DNA of 63,566 nt, filler included, from Candidatus Eiseniibacteriota bacterium (GTDB taxonomy: Bacteria > Orphanbacterota > Orphanbacteria > Orphanbacterales > Orphanbacteraceae): the NCBI GenBank assembly GCA_043809585.1. It is 4 parts of 4 records of this genome, joined end to end, with 100 filler letters (N's around TTAATTAATTAA, not from the genome) between each part and the next. Parts side by side here need not be neighbours in the genome. Positions count along the whole stretch, not along the records: positions 22,148 to 49,987 come from JBDROZ010000037.1; 3 more parts are not named here. One strand, 5' to 3'. The notes beneath the pieces were generated by a model, which worked only from the letters and a program-made list of their open reading frames with translations, searched no databases and was not told the DNA's origin. The position numbers and the translations under genes were made by a program. Positions 28,836-39,578 of this stretch are shown here, in pieces. How positions within the stretch are numbered: the first letter of the stretch is position 1; each line of letters opens with the position of its first letter.

Positions 28836-29962
28836 GGAGTCTCCGCGCTTTCGATTCCGAGCGTCCTGGCGACCACCCGCCAGACGAGCCCCCCGTCGGA
28901 GGCGGGGTCGTTCCAGCGGCCTTGGAAGCGGCCGCAGAAGCTGGTCTTCAATAGCTCGGGAAGCGGGTCGCCGTCGTAGTCGGCGAAGTTCGGGTGCCCC
29001 AGAAGGGTGCACACCTCCTCCGTCGCCCGCACGCTCAGGTCGACCTGCAGCCCGTCGTCCTTCCGGATCTCGTTCGCCACCCGGACGATCTTCGCGATCT
29101 GCGCCTCCGGCACCTCCGGATGCCGCTTCCGCATGACGCGGACCTCCTCCTTCTCCGGGGGGTAGTCCATCTTGAGCGGCGCGAACCGGTCGAGCTGGGC
29201 CGGGTCGACCGACGTGGTCCCCGTGAACTGGGCGCCGTTGTTGATCGCCGCGATCCAGAGGACGTTGTCCGGAATCGGCACGGTGCTGCCGGTCAGGGGG
29301 TTGTACATCTTGCGCGTCGCGTCGAGGGCGGGCATGATGCCGTTCCGTGCCATCTCCCGGCACCGGTTGAACTCGTCGAGGAAGATCAGGTACCCCTTCT
29401 CGGGGTGCTTCTCCGCCTCCACGAGGGCCCTGAGGATGTCGGTCTCCACCCAAACCGTCTCCGCCTGCCCCGACTCGCCCGCCTTGATCTGCAGGGTGGC
29501 GAGGAAGTCGGTCGCCTCGAAGATCGGGCTGCAGTTGAAGAAGACGTACTCCAGATCGAGGGCGTCCGCGACCATCCGGGAGAGAACGGTCTTCCCCGAC
29601 CCCTGAGGCCCGTCGAGGAGGATGTTCATGCCGCACTCGAGGAGGGCCTGCAGCTTCTTCGAGAGGACCGGGTCGACGTAGAGCGTGTCGTCGAGCTTGA
29701 ACGTCACGTTCCCGAGGAACTCGACCTCGATGTGCCCCCGGTCCTTGCTCGCCGGCTTCTTCACCGACGTGACCCGGACGAGGCAGAGCTGGCCCGGCCG
29801 GACCCGCGCGTCGTCGCAGAGGATCACCTTCGGGGCCCGCTTGCCGTCCATGTGGGTGGCCCGGTAGCGATAGGCGCTCTCCTCCTTCGGGTTCGCGTAG
29901 AAGACGGTCTCGAACCTCTTCCCGATGCGGACGGCGCCGCGGGGGGACTTGACGGGACTCAT
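28832..29962 (-). CDS. MoxR-family AAA+ ATPase (CobS/CbbQ/NorQ-like) with an extra N-terminal beta domain
   Basis: Walker A DGPQGSGKT, Walker B IFLDEFNR, AAIN sensor, AQLDRF Arg finger, LSVR sensor II. Confidence 0.9.
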   Translation of the reverse strand: MSPVKSPRGAVRIGKRFETVFYANPKEESAYRYRATHMDGKRAPKVILCDDARVRPGQLCLVRVTSVKKPASKDRGHIEVEFLGNVTFKLDDTLYVDPVLSKKLQALLECGMNILLDGPQGSGKTVLSRMVADALDLEYVFFNCSPIFEATDFLATLQIKAGESGQAETVWVETDILRALVEAEKHPEKGYLIFLDEFNRCREMARNGIMPALDATRKMYNPLTGSTVPIPDNVLWIAAINNGAQFTGTTSVDPAQLDRFAPLKMDYPPEKEEVRVMRKRHPEVPEAQIAKIVRVANEIRKDDGLQVDLSVRATEEVCTLLGHPNFADYDGDPLPELLKTSFCGRFQGRWNDPASDGGLVWRVVARTLGIESAETP

Positions 29963-30261
29963 GGAGACACTCCCCTCGTTCGACGGTGATACGTCTACCT
30001 ATACACCGGACGGCGTTTCCTATTCACGGGCCGGGCTCGGCCGTCTCGGAACTACCGTCGTGCGTTGCGCAGTCGTGATCCGACGCGCCCGATGGCGGGC
30101 GGAATGGAGGGGATCTGCAAGACGAGAGGATGAACGACGAAAGCGGGTTCACGATCGCGGCGAACGGGCATGGGGCTTCCTCCGGTCGGATGGTCTGGTT
30201 CAGGTTGGGTGTGAATTATAACACGGCGCCGCAACCCGAGGAAAGGGGTGATCAGCGGCAT

Positions 30262-30395
30262 TCAGAATTCAAGGAATTCAAGGGAGGAATTCAAGGGAAT
30301 TCGAGGGACACAATACCCAATGGGAATTCGAGGGACACAATACCCAATTCGGTATTCCGTATTGTGTCCCCCGGATGGATGTCCCCCGGATGGAC
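30262..30395. repeat. REP-like GGGACACAATAC/GTATTGTGTCCC cluster with GAATTC stutter
   Basis: Two GGGAATTCGAGGGACACAATACCCAAT copies followed by GTATTGTGTCCCC. Confidence 0.8.
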
Positions 30396-30484
30396 GGCGC
30401 CACGGCTCGAGGGAACGACGTCGTCGGGGCCGGGGTTTGGTGGTTTGTCGCCGGAACTCGAAATGTGCTAATGTGATGTCGCAC

Positions 30485-30577
30485 GCTCGGGGCGCGGTCC
30501 GGCGCGGGCGGCGGCCCGGCCGGGACGCTGAGAAGCACTCGTAGAACCTGAACCGGTTCGGACCGGCGTAGGGAAGC
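30485..30577 (+). ncRNA. TPP riboswitch
   Basis: GGGG...GCTGAGA...GAACCTGA-ACCGG...CCGG-CGTAGGGA consensus elements upstream of thiC. Confidence 0.9.
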
Positions 30578-30755
30578 GCGCGGATTCAGTCGACCGGATA
30601 CATTATCCAACGATTGGCGGGTATCTGGCCTCGAATCCTCTCGTCCCTCCGGAAGAGGGTGTCCGGTTAACTGAGCCCCCATAAGGTATCCGGCTACCCT
30701 AATTTCCACGATCCGACGACCGGGCCGGGCTCTCTGACCGAAGAGGAGCTCTGTC

Positions 30756-32513
30756 ATGTCCGATTCCACCAGGCGCCCGGAATCCGCGAACAAGCGTCCG
30801 GCATTTCGTTACGATCCGCCCGGCCGGGGGGGCGGCAACCCGTCGACCGCCGCCCAGGGGACGGCGCCCGCCAGTTTCGCCCTCCCCCCGTCGGTCGGGA
30901 CGCCCCTCCCTTTTTCCTCTCCCGACACGCCCGGCATGCCGCCCCCCCCCGCGAAGACGGCGTGGGACTTCAACCCGGCCCCCCGCGGGACGGGCGAGGC
31001 GGTGACCCAGCTCGAAAAGGCGCGGCTCGGCGAGATCACGGCGGAGATGAAGCGGGTGGCGGAGATCGAGGGCCATCTGACGGCGGCGCAGGTTCGGGAC
31101 GAGATCGCCGCGGGCCGCCTCCTCGTCTGCGCGAACCGGGTCCACCTCGGCTACGGCCTCGAGCCGATGGCGATCGGCCGGGCGTCGAAAACGAAGATCA
31201 ACGCGAATCTCGGCGCCTCCCCCGTGACGAGCGGCATCGACGAGGAGGTCGAAAAGATGCGCTGGTCCGTCCGCTGGGGGGCCGACACGGTGATGGACCT
31301 CTCCACCGGGGGCGACCTGAACGCGACGCGGGAGGCGATCATCCGGGCGTCGACGGTTCCGATCGGCACGGTGCCGGTCTACTCGATGATCATCGGGCGG
31401 AAGATCGAGGACCTCGCCTACGACGACATCCTGAAGGAGCTCGAGAACCAGGCCTGCCAGGGGGTCGACTTCTTCACCATCCACGCCGGTCTCCTCCGGG
31501 AGCACCTGCCGTACGTCAAGGACCGCCTGATCGGCATCGTGAGCCGGGGGGGCTCGCTCCTCGCGAAGTGGATGATCCACCACGGGAAACAGAACCCTTT
31601 CTACGACATGTTCGAGGAGATCTGCGATCTCATGAGGGAGTACGACGTCGCCTTCTCGCTCGGGGACGGGCTCCGGCCCGGCGGCCTCGCGGACGCCACC
31701 GACGAGGCCCAGCTCCGGGAACTCGACGTGCTCGGCGAGCTGACCGAACGGTCGTGGGCGAAGGGGGTGCAGGTGATGATCGAGGGGCCGGGGCATATCC
31801 CCTTCGACCAGATCGAGTACAACATGAAGCTGCAGCGCGCCCTCTGCCACGGCGCGCCCTTCTACGTCCTCGGGCCTCTCGTGACCGACATCTTCCCCGG
31901 CTATGACCACATCACGAGCGCCATCGGCGCCACCGCCGCCGCCTATCACGGCGCGTCCATGCTCTGTTACGTGACCCCGAAGGAGCACCTCGGCCTCCCG
32001 AAGAAGAGGGACGTGAAGGAGGGGTGTGTCGCCTACAAGATCGCCGCCCATGCCGCCGACGTGGCCCTCGGCATTCCGGGCTCCCGGGACCGGGACGACG
32101 AGATCACGAAGGCCCGGGCGGCGCTGAACTGGGAGAAGCACTTCGAGCTCTCCTTCGACCCCGACACGGCCCGGGCGTTCCACGACGAAGATCTCGACGT
32201 GGACACCGACTTCTGCGCCATGTGCGGCCACGACTGGTGCGCCGTCCGGATCAGCAAGGAGATCCAGGAGTTCGCCTCCGGCAAGGCGGCCGAGTACGTG
32301 TGGACCGACCCGAAGATCTCGGACGCCCTCACGCCGGAGCAGCGGGAGATCCTCGAGGGGCGGGGCGTCCTCTCCCCCGGGGAGATCCACGCCCTCGCGG
32401 GGAAGACCCGAAGCGCCGTCGGCGCCGTCCGCGGCCGGAAGGCCGCCTGCCACAGCGACGTAGCGGAGGGGGACGAGGAGGCGAAGAGGCTGCAGGAGGA
32501 GAAGGCGCGCTAG
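30756..32513 (+). CDS. thiC: Phosphomethylpyrimidine synthase
   Basis: [62 protein letters not shown]. Confidence 0.97.
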   Translation: MSDSTRRPESANKRPAFRYDPPGRGGGNPSTAAQGTAPASFALPPSVGTPLPFSSPDTPGMPPPPAKTAWDFNPAPRGTGEAVTQLEKARLGEITAEMKRVAEIEGHLTAAQVRDEIAAGRLLVCANRVHLGYGLEPMAIGRASKTKINANLGASPVTSGIDEEVEKMRWSVRWGADTVMDLSTGGDLNATREAIIRASTVPIGTVPVYSMIIGRKIEDLAYDDILKELENQACQGVDFFTIHAGLLREHLPYVKDRLIGIVSRGGSLLAKWMIHHGKQNPFYDMFEEICDLMREYDVAFSLGDGLRPGGLADATDEAQLRELDVLGELTERSWAKGVQVMIEGPGHIPFDQIEYNMKLQRALCHGAPFYVLGPLVTDIFPGYDHITSAIGATAAAYHGASMLCYVTPKEHLGLPKKRDVKEGCVAYKIAAHAADVALGIPGSRDRDDEITKARAALNWEKHFELSFDPDTARAFHDEDLDVDTDFCAMCGHDWCAVRISKEIQEFASGKAAEYVWTDPKISDALTPEQREILEGRGVLSPGEIHALAGKTRSAVGAVRGRKAACHSDVAEGDEEAKRLQEEKAR

Positions 32514-32676
32514 GAGGCCCGTCCGCGCCCATTCGGTTTCCCGAAAAGTCGAACGGCCTCCTCTCCCGAGGGGGAGGAGAAATTTTGACGAGAATCATTA
32601 GATTTGGTTGACTGGATCAGGCTCGTTTGCTAAGAGTAACTGATGATACCATAAGCCGGACTAATTAGGCGGAGCC

Positions 32677-33561
32677 ATGCTGGAGACACTGAAGATATTC
32701 GTCGACCTGATCCAGACCGAGAGTTTTTCCCGGGCCGCCACGCGAAACTACCTCACCCAATCGGCCGTTTCGCAGAGGATCCGGCAACTCGAGACGGAGC
32801 TGGGCCAGCAGCTTGTCGTGCGGGGCCGGGGGCGGATGCGGCCGACCGAGGCGGGGCGCGTCTTTTACGACGCGAGCAAGGAGATCCTCGACCGGTACGC
32901 CCAGGCCAGGGACGAGCTGAACCGGATCCGGCACATCGTGTCGGGAACGCTCCGTCTCGCGACGGTTCACTCCGTCGGGCTGCATGTGTTGCCGCCGTAT
33001 ATCAAGTCGCTGCTCGTCGAGTTCCCGGCCGTGGACATGCAGCTCGAATACCGGCGGAGCAACGAGATTTACGAAGGCTTGCTCGACCTCTCTTTCGACC
33101 TCGGCATCGTCGCCTATCCCTCGCGGCACTCGCAGATCACCCAGGTCCCTTTCCGGGAGGACAAGCTCGTTTTCATCTGTCCGCCCGATCACGAGCTGGC
33201 GAAGGGTACTTCGATCACGTTGAAGAGGCTCCAGGACCAGCCGTTCATCGCTTTCGAGCCGAGCATCCCGACGGGGCGCGTGGTGGAACGGGCGCTCCGA
33301 AAGGCGGGGGTCGATGTCAAGATCGTCCACCGGTTCGACAACGTGGAGACGCTGAAACGGGCCGTCGAGATCGGTTCCGGCATCGCCATCGTCCCGAACT
33401 CGACGATCGTGACCGAACTGCGGGCGAAGACCCTCGAAGCGATCCCCCTCGGCGGAACGGGCTGGAACCGCCCCCTCACGATCATCCACAAGAAAGGGCG
33501 CAAGCCGAGCGCCCCGGCGACGAAGTTCATCGAGATTCTGCAGAAGGGGGAAGGGGAGTAG
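32677..33561 (+). CDS. LysR-family transcriptional regulator
   Basis: SFSRAA...TQSAVSQRIRQLE HTH followed by a substrate-binding domain. Confidence 0.95.
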   Translation: MLETLKIFVDLIQTESFSRAATRNYLTQSAVSQRIRQLETELGQQLVVRGRGRMRPTEAGRVFYDASKEILDRYAQARDELNRIRHIVSGTLRLATVHSVGLHVLPPYIKSLLVEFPAVDMQLEYRRSNEIYEGLLDLSFDLGIVAYPSRHSQITQVPFREDKLVFICPPDHELAKGTSITLKRLQDQPFIAFEPSIPTGRVVERALRKAGVDVKIVHRFDNVETLKRAVEIGSGIAIVPNSTIVTELRAKTLEAIPLGGTGWNRPLTIIHKKGRKPSAPATKFIEILQKGEGE

Positions 33562-33734
33562 GGGAAGGGACGGGGTCAACCCCCAGCGGGTGGTTTCCTC
33601 GGACCCTTCCTCTGCACCCTGGAGCAGCTGTGCTCGGTCCCCTTTCGGTACCAGATTCTCCCGGAGCGAAGCGAAGGGGTATCTGGTTCCGAAAGGCCCG
33701 GGGAGCGGCTTCGGGAGGGATGGGGGCATTGAAA

Positions 33735-33952
33735 TCCGGGGGACACAATACGGAATGGGTAATTCGGGGGACACGATACTGGGAAATGGTCAAGTCCGAT
33801 TTCTGCTGGAAAAAGCCTGAGTCTTGGGAAATCCGGGGAAATCCGGGGGACACAATACGGAATGGGCAATTCGGGGACACGATACTCATTACAGGCAACG
33901 GAAGAACAATCCCGGGGACCGAATACCGGTAATAAGTATCGTGTCCCCGAAT
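33735..33952. repeat. REP-like GGGGACAC(A/G)ATAC cluster
   Basis: Two copies of GAAATCCGGGGGACACAATACGGAATGGG(T/C)AATTCGGGGACACGATACT, closed by AGTATCGTGTCCCCGAATT. Confidence 0.85.
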
Positions 33953-34070
33953 TTCCACCGGAGCCGTAGGCGGAGGTGGGTGGGCGAGGAAGCATCCGGA
34001 GCGCGGAAGCGCGGAGGAACTGCCTGCAGCTCCCCCGCTCACTCCGAAGTGGGGAAGAGTGGCGGGGGAT

Positions 34071-34466
34071 CTACTCGGACAACATTCTGACGTGCACCGT
34101 CCGCGTCCTCGGCCCGTCGAACTCGCAGAAGTAGATCGATTGCCACCGCCCCAGTTGGAGTCTCCCCCCATCCACGAAGATCGTCTCCGACGCCCCGACC
34201 AAGATCGATTTCAGGTGGGCGTCCGAGTTCCCCTCCCCGTGCCGGTAGTCCCCCCGGTGGGGGAAAAGCCTCTCGAGCGTCCTCTCGATATCCCCCATCA
34301 CATCCGGGTCCGCCCCCTCGTTGATCCCGACCGCCGTCGTCGTGTGGGGAGTGTAGACCACGCAGATGCCGTCGCCGGCGTCCTGGACGATCCGCGCGAC
34401 TTCCGTCGTGATGTCGACCGTCTCGATCCGCCGTGAGGTCCGAACTTGAAATTCGCCTTGAATCAC
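34071..34466 (-). CDS. yjbQ: YjbQ/UPF0047 family protein (secondary thiamine-phosphate synthase-like)
   Basis: PHTTTAVGINEGADPDV, HGEGNSDAHLKS, LGRWQSIYFCEFDGPR. Confidence 0.92.
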   Translation of the reverse strand: MIQGEFQVRTSRRIETVDITTEVARIVQDAGDGICVVYTPHTTTAVGINEGADPDVMGDIERTLERLFPHRGDYRHGEGNSDAHLKSILVGASETIFVDGGRLQLGRWQSIYFCEFDGPRTRTVHVRMLSE

Positions 34467-34515
34467 TTCGCCCCTCCCCTTTCCCCGTGACCCTGGAGAT
34501 CCGGTTCCCTCGGTA

Positions 34516-36102
34516 TCAAAACTCCCGGTTCACTTCGGTGAAGATGTAGGCCGGGCTTTCCGGGGTCGCGCTGGCCGGGAAGAGGTTCGACGCGTGCCGG
34601 GCACTCCCGATGATGAACGTCACTTCTCTGTCGGGAAAGATCTGGGCGGTGACGTCCCTGGTGAACGCCGACCCCGAGGGGCAGGTCACCTCGACGAGAA
34701 GGGGGAGCGGCTCCTTCGCGAAGATGATCTTCATGTCTTCGAGCGACCGCAGGCCATTGACTTGAAACACGAAGGGAAGTGCGCCTGGGTCTGCCGGGGC
34801 GCATTGAGCGGTGTCCGCCCGTTCGACCGTCACCATGCCCGCTCCGCCGCCGTCGATGGATTGGTCCTCGCAGTCGACGACCAAGGAGAAAGTTCCTGCG
34901 CTCCGAAGCCGTACTCCGGGGGCGTCAGGAACCTCCACCTGAAAGATCGCCGTTCCGGTCCAAACTTCCGTTTTGCACTTGAGATCGAAATCATTGGCGA
35001 CATGCTCGTCGTTCGAGGCGTCAATAACCCAGAGCGTCACATCCCCTCCGCTGAGCGTGCACTCCTCCTCTACGAGAGGCGTCGTCTCCGGCGAGACGGT
35101 CGCGGTATCCCGGTCGGCGATAGTGAAGCTCGGGCTGACCGCCGGCCGGGCGTCGCTCGAAAGAACGAGGACTCGGTAAGCTCCGGGGGGCACGGGGCCG
35201 AGGATGCTGGTCCGGCTCTGGAAGAAGGGGTGAAACGCCGCCCCGCCCTCCCCCTCGGCGACGAGAAGCGCGAGGGCCGGCCCCGTGCGGCCGCCGCCGG
35301 TCAGATCGAGGAGAATCGCTCCGGTGGCGTTTGCCCATCTTTCGATGGAGGGCCAGCCCGGTTCGGCGGCGAGGAGTTCGGGAAGCAGGTTTCGGGCGAT
35401 GGGACCGAGGAGGGGGCGCTCCCGGCCGGCGACCGCCGCCACCATGTCCCGGGCGAAGACCGCCCACCCGTCGAGGAGGAGCGGCGAGGCGCACGCGACG
35501 AAGGAGGGAAGAAGACCGATCCAGCTCCCGTCGTCCGCCCCGTCGACGAAGGCGGCCAATCCGTCGAAGCCCGGATCCGTTTCGCGTGCGGAGCAGCCGA
35601 GCGCGATCGACGAGGGAAGCGAGTCATGGGGAGCGACCTCCGCCGCGATCGCGGCGGCGTACTCCCGGGTTCGCCGGAATGTGGTGTCTCCGAAGGCGAG
35701 GGCTTCATCGACGGAGCGTCGCCAACCCCGAAAAACCCCCGACCATGCCTCGTCGGGATCGAGGGTGTCCGCGGCGTTCTCGATGCCGTTCATCAGGGTG
35801 CGGACCGAGTCGGCGTACTGCCTGCCGAGAGTCGCGGCGGAGATCAGATCGTAGATCTCCTGGCGGGAATAGATCGAGTCGTGATCGGCGACGGTCGTCG
35901 TGAACCGGTTGGAAGCCCCCTTGGGAAGGAGCATCTGAGCGACATCGACATAATAGAGAACATCGGCCAGCCGCCCGAAAAGGAGATTCAGGTCCGCGTA
36001 TGCCTGATCGGGGCAGGCGTCCTTCGGGCCGTCCGGCTCGGAGGGGGAATCGTCGCCGCAGGCGAGCAGCAGGGGAAGAAGGATGAGGGGAAGATAGCGC
36101 AT
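34516..36102 (-). CDS. Hypothetical lipoprotein
   Basis: MRYLPLILLPLLLAC lipobox; GGAGG SD; GC-biased coding frame. Confidence 0.7.
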   Translation of the reverse strand: MRYLPLILLPLLLACGDDSPSEPDGPKDACPDQAYADLNLLFGRLADVLYYVDVAQMLLPKGASNRFTTTVADHDSIYSRQEIYDLISAATLGRQYADSVRTLMNGIENAADTLDPDEAWSGVFRGWRRSVDEALAFGDTTFRRTREYAAAIAAEVAPHDSLPSSIALGCSARETDPGFDGLAAFVDGADDGSWIGLLPSFVACASPLLLDGWAVFARDMVAAVAGRERPLLGPIARNLLPELLAAEPGWPSIERWANATGAILLDLTGGGRTGPALALLVAEGEGGAAFHPFFQSRTSILGPVPPGAYRVLVLSSDARPAVSPSFTIADRDTATVSPETTPLVEEECTLSGGDVTLWVIDASNDEHVANDFDLKCKTEVWTGTAIFQVEVPDAPGVRLRSAGTFSLVVDCEDQSIDGGGAGMVTVERADTAQCAPADPGALPFVFQVNGLRSLEDMKIIFAKEPLPLLVEVTCPSGSAFTRDVTAQIFPDREVTFIIGSARHASNLFPASATPESPAYIFTEVNREF

Positions 36103-36187
36103 CCGGAAGCCTCCGAGTCTCCACGATGTCCTCTGGGTGACCGTACTCGGAATGGAGCGAGGCGTCAACGTGTCGGATCCTCACAGT

Positions 36188-37600
36188 TCAGAGGCGATAC
36201 CGGTTCTCGTAATCGACCAAGGTAACATCACCAAAGCCGTTGTTATTAAACATGATACGAAGATGGTCCCGCGCGTCTCCTTCGCCGTGAACGAGAAAGA
36301 TCTTCTCGAGGGAGGTCGTCGAATAACCGGAGAAGAGCCCGAGGATTTCGTTGTAATCGGCGTGGGCGCTGAAGGCATTCATGACCTTGACCCGGGCGCG
36401 GAGCTTGAACTCCTCCCCGAAGATCTTCACCTCTTCGCTTCGGTCCGCGATCCGGCGGCCGAGCGTGTGCTCGGCCTGATAGCCGACGATCAGCACGGTG
36501 TTCTTCGGGTCCTCGATGGTGTTCATGAGATGATGAAGAATCCGCCCCGCTTCCGCCATGCCGCTCGCGGAGATGATGATGGCCGGCCCGTTCAGGCCGT
36601 TCAGTTTCTTCGACTCCTCGACGTCCCGGATCAAGGTGAGACGCTCGAAACCGAAGGGATTGACGCTGTGGGAGGTGAAGGCGTCTTTGGTCTCCTGATC
36701 ATAGCACTCGGGATGGGCTTTGAAGATGCTCGTCGCCGTAACGGCCATCGGGCTGTCGACGAAAATCGGGATCTCGGGGATCGTCCCCTCGTCGCTCAAT
36801 AGATGGAGGAAGAAGATCAGCTCCTGAGTCCGGCCGATCGCGAAGGAGGGAATGACCACCTTGCCCCCCTTGGCGCTCGTCTCCTGGATCACTCGAGCCA
36901 GCTCCCCCTTCGCGAGGCCGATCTCGTCATGGAGGTGGTTGCCGTAGGTGCTTTCGCAGACGAAGACGTTCGGGTCCGGGGGCATCTGCGGATCCCTGAG
37001 AATCGGCAGGCCCCGGCGCCCCATGTCTCCGCCGAACACGACCCGTCGGGTCTTTCCCCCTTCATCGACCTCGAGCAGAGCCATGGCGGATCCGAGAATG
37101 TGGCCGGCATCGTAGAAAGTGAGGTGGGTGCCGGGTGCGATCGGGGTCCTCTCCCGATAACGGATCGGTTTGAAGCGCTTGAGTGTCCGCTCCACATCTT
37201 CGTATCCGTAGAGGGGCTCTGAAATGAACCCGTCCTTGCGGCGCTTCTTCTGGGAGAGTTTTCTGGCGAACTTGGCGTCGCTCTCCTGGATGTGGGCCGA
37301 GTCCATGAGGATCAGGCGGGCAATGTCCATCGTGGCGGGTGTGGAGTAGATGGGGCCCTCGAATCCCTGTTTCAGGAGTGTGGGGAGGTTGCCGCAGTGG
37401 TCGAGATGGCCGTGGGTGAGAACGCAGACGTCCACCCTTGCGGCGTCGTAAGGTAGCGAGCTGTTCCGGACGTGGGTCTCCTGGCGCCTCCCCTGAAAGA
37501 CGCCGCAGTCGACCTGGATACAGGCACTCGGGGTTTCGAGAAAGTGCTTCGAGCCGGTCACTTCGCCGGCCGCTCCCCATGAGTAGATCTCTGTCGCCAA
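36188..37600 (-). CDS. MBL-fold beta-CASP ribonuclease
   Basis: GAAGEVTGS, THGHLDH, AGHILGS, ESTYG, SASGM, FSAHAD. Confidence 0.92.
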   Translation of the reverse strand: MATEIYSWGAAGEVTGSKHFLETPSACIQVDCGVFQGRRQETHVRNSSLPYDAARVDVCVLTHGHLDHCGNLPTLLKQGFEGPIYSTPATMDIARLILMDSAHIQESDAKFARKLSQKKRRKDGFISEPLYGYEDVERTLKRFKPIRYRERTPIAPGTHLTFYDAGHILGSAMALLEVDEGGKTRRVVFGGDMGRRGLPILRDPQMPPDPNVFVCESTYGNHLHDEIGLAKGELARVIQETSAKGGKVVIPSFAIGRTQELIFFLHLLSDEGTIPEIPIFVDSPMAVTATSIFKAHPECYDQETKDAFTSHSVNPFGFERLTLIRDVEESKKLNGLNGPAIIISASGMAEAGRILHHLMNTIEDPKNTVLIVGYQAEHTLGRRIADRSEEVKIFGEEFKLRARVKVMNAFSAHADYNEILGLFSGYSTTSLEKIFLVHGEGDARDHLRIMFNNNGFGDVTLVDYENRYRL

Positions 37601-38027
37601 ACGTCACCTCCAGATGGTTCTCGACTCGCCCCATCATAGGCGGTGGGTGGGCGGCGGTCAACACAAGGGAGAGGAAAAGGGCGGGCGGGCGGGCGAGGGG
37701 GGAAGGGAGAGTGACAATTCTCTTTGCGTGGCGGGGGGCGGGCGGGCATCGGGAGGGACCCGGGCATAGACGGGGAGCCGTCAATGGCATCCGCAACGCA
37801 ATCTCCGCGAGCCCGGAGAATGGGAGGGCTTCCTTCCGCAGCACGACGAGCGTTCCAGCCTGCCCCGATCCCTCCCTCCCCCGGTCCGCCTCCCCGCCGA
37901 TTTCATGGGGTCGCCCTTCCCCTGGAGCCTGCCCCCACACATTGTCCAATTGTCATCACCGCGGAGCCTGCCCCCGCGCAAGCGGGGGGCGAACCTCCGG
38001 GAAACCCGATTCAGTAGTTCCCCTCCC

Positions 38028-38382
38028 CCGTTCGTCCCGAGTGCCGCGACCGAAGGAAGCGGTGTATCGAAGCCTGTCCTGAGTAGGACCGAAAGTCCGT
38101 ATCGAAGGGGATCGAACGGGAACTTCCCTCGAGCGTGCTGCCATAGATAAAGGGTATGGCGATCACCCACTTTGCGACTGCCGTGCTTGAGGGAGGGCGC
38201 TGAATGTTTCACGTGAAACATGGGGGAAGAGCCTAACTCCGTTCGTCCTGAGCGCCGCAACCGGGGGGAGCGGTGTATCGAAGCCTGTCCTGAGTAGGAC
38301 CGAAGGTCCGTATCGAAGGGGATCGAACGGGAACTCCCCTCGAGCGTGCTGCCATAGATGCAAGGTATGCCGTTGACCCACT
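38028..38382. repeat. Pair of ~144-bp direct repeats (38028-38171 and 38239-38382) built from REP-like hairpins
   Basis: Both contain AGCGGTGTATCGAAGCCTGTCCTGAGTAGGACCGAA..TCCGTATCGAAGGGGATCGAACGGGAAC...GCTGCCATAGAT. Confidence 0.9.
38205..38220. promoter_or_regulatory. parS: parS site
   Basis: Perfect TGTTTCACGTGAAACA palindrome near parAB. Confidence 0.93.
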
Positions 38383-38743
38383 CGGGCGCACGGGGTGGAA
38401 GGGGACTCCCTCTCTTCGATAGTCGTCTCTAATTAGCCTTCGCCATGGCGGGTGGCCGAGGAAGTCCCCGGAGCGCGGAAGCACGGAGGGGGAACACTTG
38501 GCCGGAGCGGTAGCGGCCTTCCTCGGCGAGCGTCAGGAGGGACAACCCTGCAGCCGGACAACAGGAGCATTCGGTGGGTCAACATTGCGAAGCACCTCTA
38601 CCGGGACCTGTCCATACGCGCCCAATCGTCAGCCTTCGAGAGCCAGCACGAACTTCTCTGCCTGATTTTTACGCCCTCTCCATCTAAATGCCTTGCCAAG
38701 GTCCCCACCGATTCGTAAGATGCCGACGGAGGAGGAACGCGTA

Positions 38744-38759
38744 TGTTTCACGTGAAACA
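38744..38759. promoter_or_regulatory. parS: parS site
   Basis: Perfect TGTTTCACGTGAAACA immediately upstream of parA. Confidence 0.93.
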
Positions 38760-38774
38760 TCTCGAGGGGGTCGT

Positions 38775-39578
38775 ATGGGCCGGGTAATTGCGGTAGCGAA
38801 GCAGCACGGGGGGGTGGGGAAAACGACGACCGCGCTCAACCTTTCGGCGAGTCTGGCCGTGGCGGAGAAGAAGACGCTCCTGATCGACATCGACCCGCAA
38901 GCGAATGCGGGAAGTGGATTGGGGATCACGCCCGGCGACGGAGAGCCGACGATCTACGAGGTTCTCCTGGACCAGGGGCCGATCCGCGACGTGATCCGGA
39001 AAACTGAAATCCGGTATCTTGATTTCGTGCCTTCGGGGCGGAGCCTCGTGGGGGCCGAAATCGAGCTAGTGAACGAGCTTGGCCGGGAGTATCGCCTCCA
39101 GAAGGCACTGGAGTCTGTAAAGGGTGAATATGATTATATTTACATTGATTGCCCCCCTTCGCTCGGGCTCCTCACGGTAAACGCCCTGACCGCCGCTGAC
39201 ACGGTCTTGATACCGATTCAGTGCGAATACTATGCTCTGGAAGGACTTACGCAGCTTCTCAACACAGTTCGGCTCATACAAAAGAACCTGAACCCGGAGC
39301 TGACCCTCGAGGGGGTTCTCCTCACGATGTACGACCAGCGTCTGAACCTATGTCGCCAGGTCGCGGAGGAGGCTCGGGCCCATTTCCCGGACAAGGTATA
39401 CGGGGCCGTCATCCCGCGAAATGTCCGGCTAAGTGAGGCACCGAGCTTCGGAAAACCCATTCTGCTCTATGATGTAACATGTTTGGGCGCAAGGTGTTAT
39501 CTCAAGCTGGCGAAAGAGGTGATCGAACATGACGAAGCGGGTGTTGGGGAGAGGACTGGAAGCTCTGCTGTCGGCTAA
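38775..39578 (+). CDS. parA: Chromosome partitioning ATPase ParA/Soj with an atypical Walker A
   Basis: [47 protein letters not shown]. Confidence 0.95.
   Translation: MGRVIAVAKQHGGVGKTTTALNLSASLAVAEKKTLLIDIDPQANAGSGLGITPGDGEPTIYEVLLDQGPIRDVIRKTEIRYLDFVPSGRSLVGAEIELVNELGREYRLQKALESVKGEYDYIYIDCPPSLGLLTVNALTAADTVLIPIQCEYYALEGLTQLLNTVRLIQKNLNPELTLEGVLLTMYDQRLNLCRQVAEEARAHFPDKVYGAVIPRNVRLSEAPSFGKPILLYDVTCLGARCYLKLAKEVIEHDEAGVGERTGSSAVG

Noticed and set aside
28836-29636. 1544-aa ORF suggesting a MoxR-vWA fusion or longer N-terminus
   Set aside because: The upstream extension is an alternative frame over the MoxR gene; the GTG overlapping the MoxR stop is the plausible start.
32677-34466. thiC-LysR-yjbQ as a dedicated thiamine regulon
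   Set aside because: The LysR gene has its own AT-rich upstream region and yjbQ is convergent behind a repeat cluster; nothing in the sequence supports co-regulation.
37620-38770. Possible oriC upstream of parA
   Set aside because: I found no TTATCCACA DnaA-box cluster or AT-rich unwinding element.
39529-39578. 50-bp parA/parB overlap
   Set aside because: Overlaps of this kind are common in parAB operons; no sign of a frameshift.
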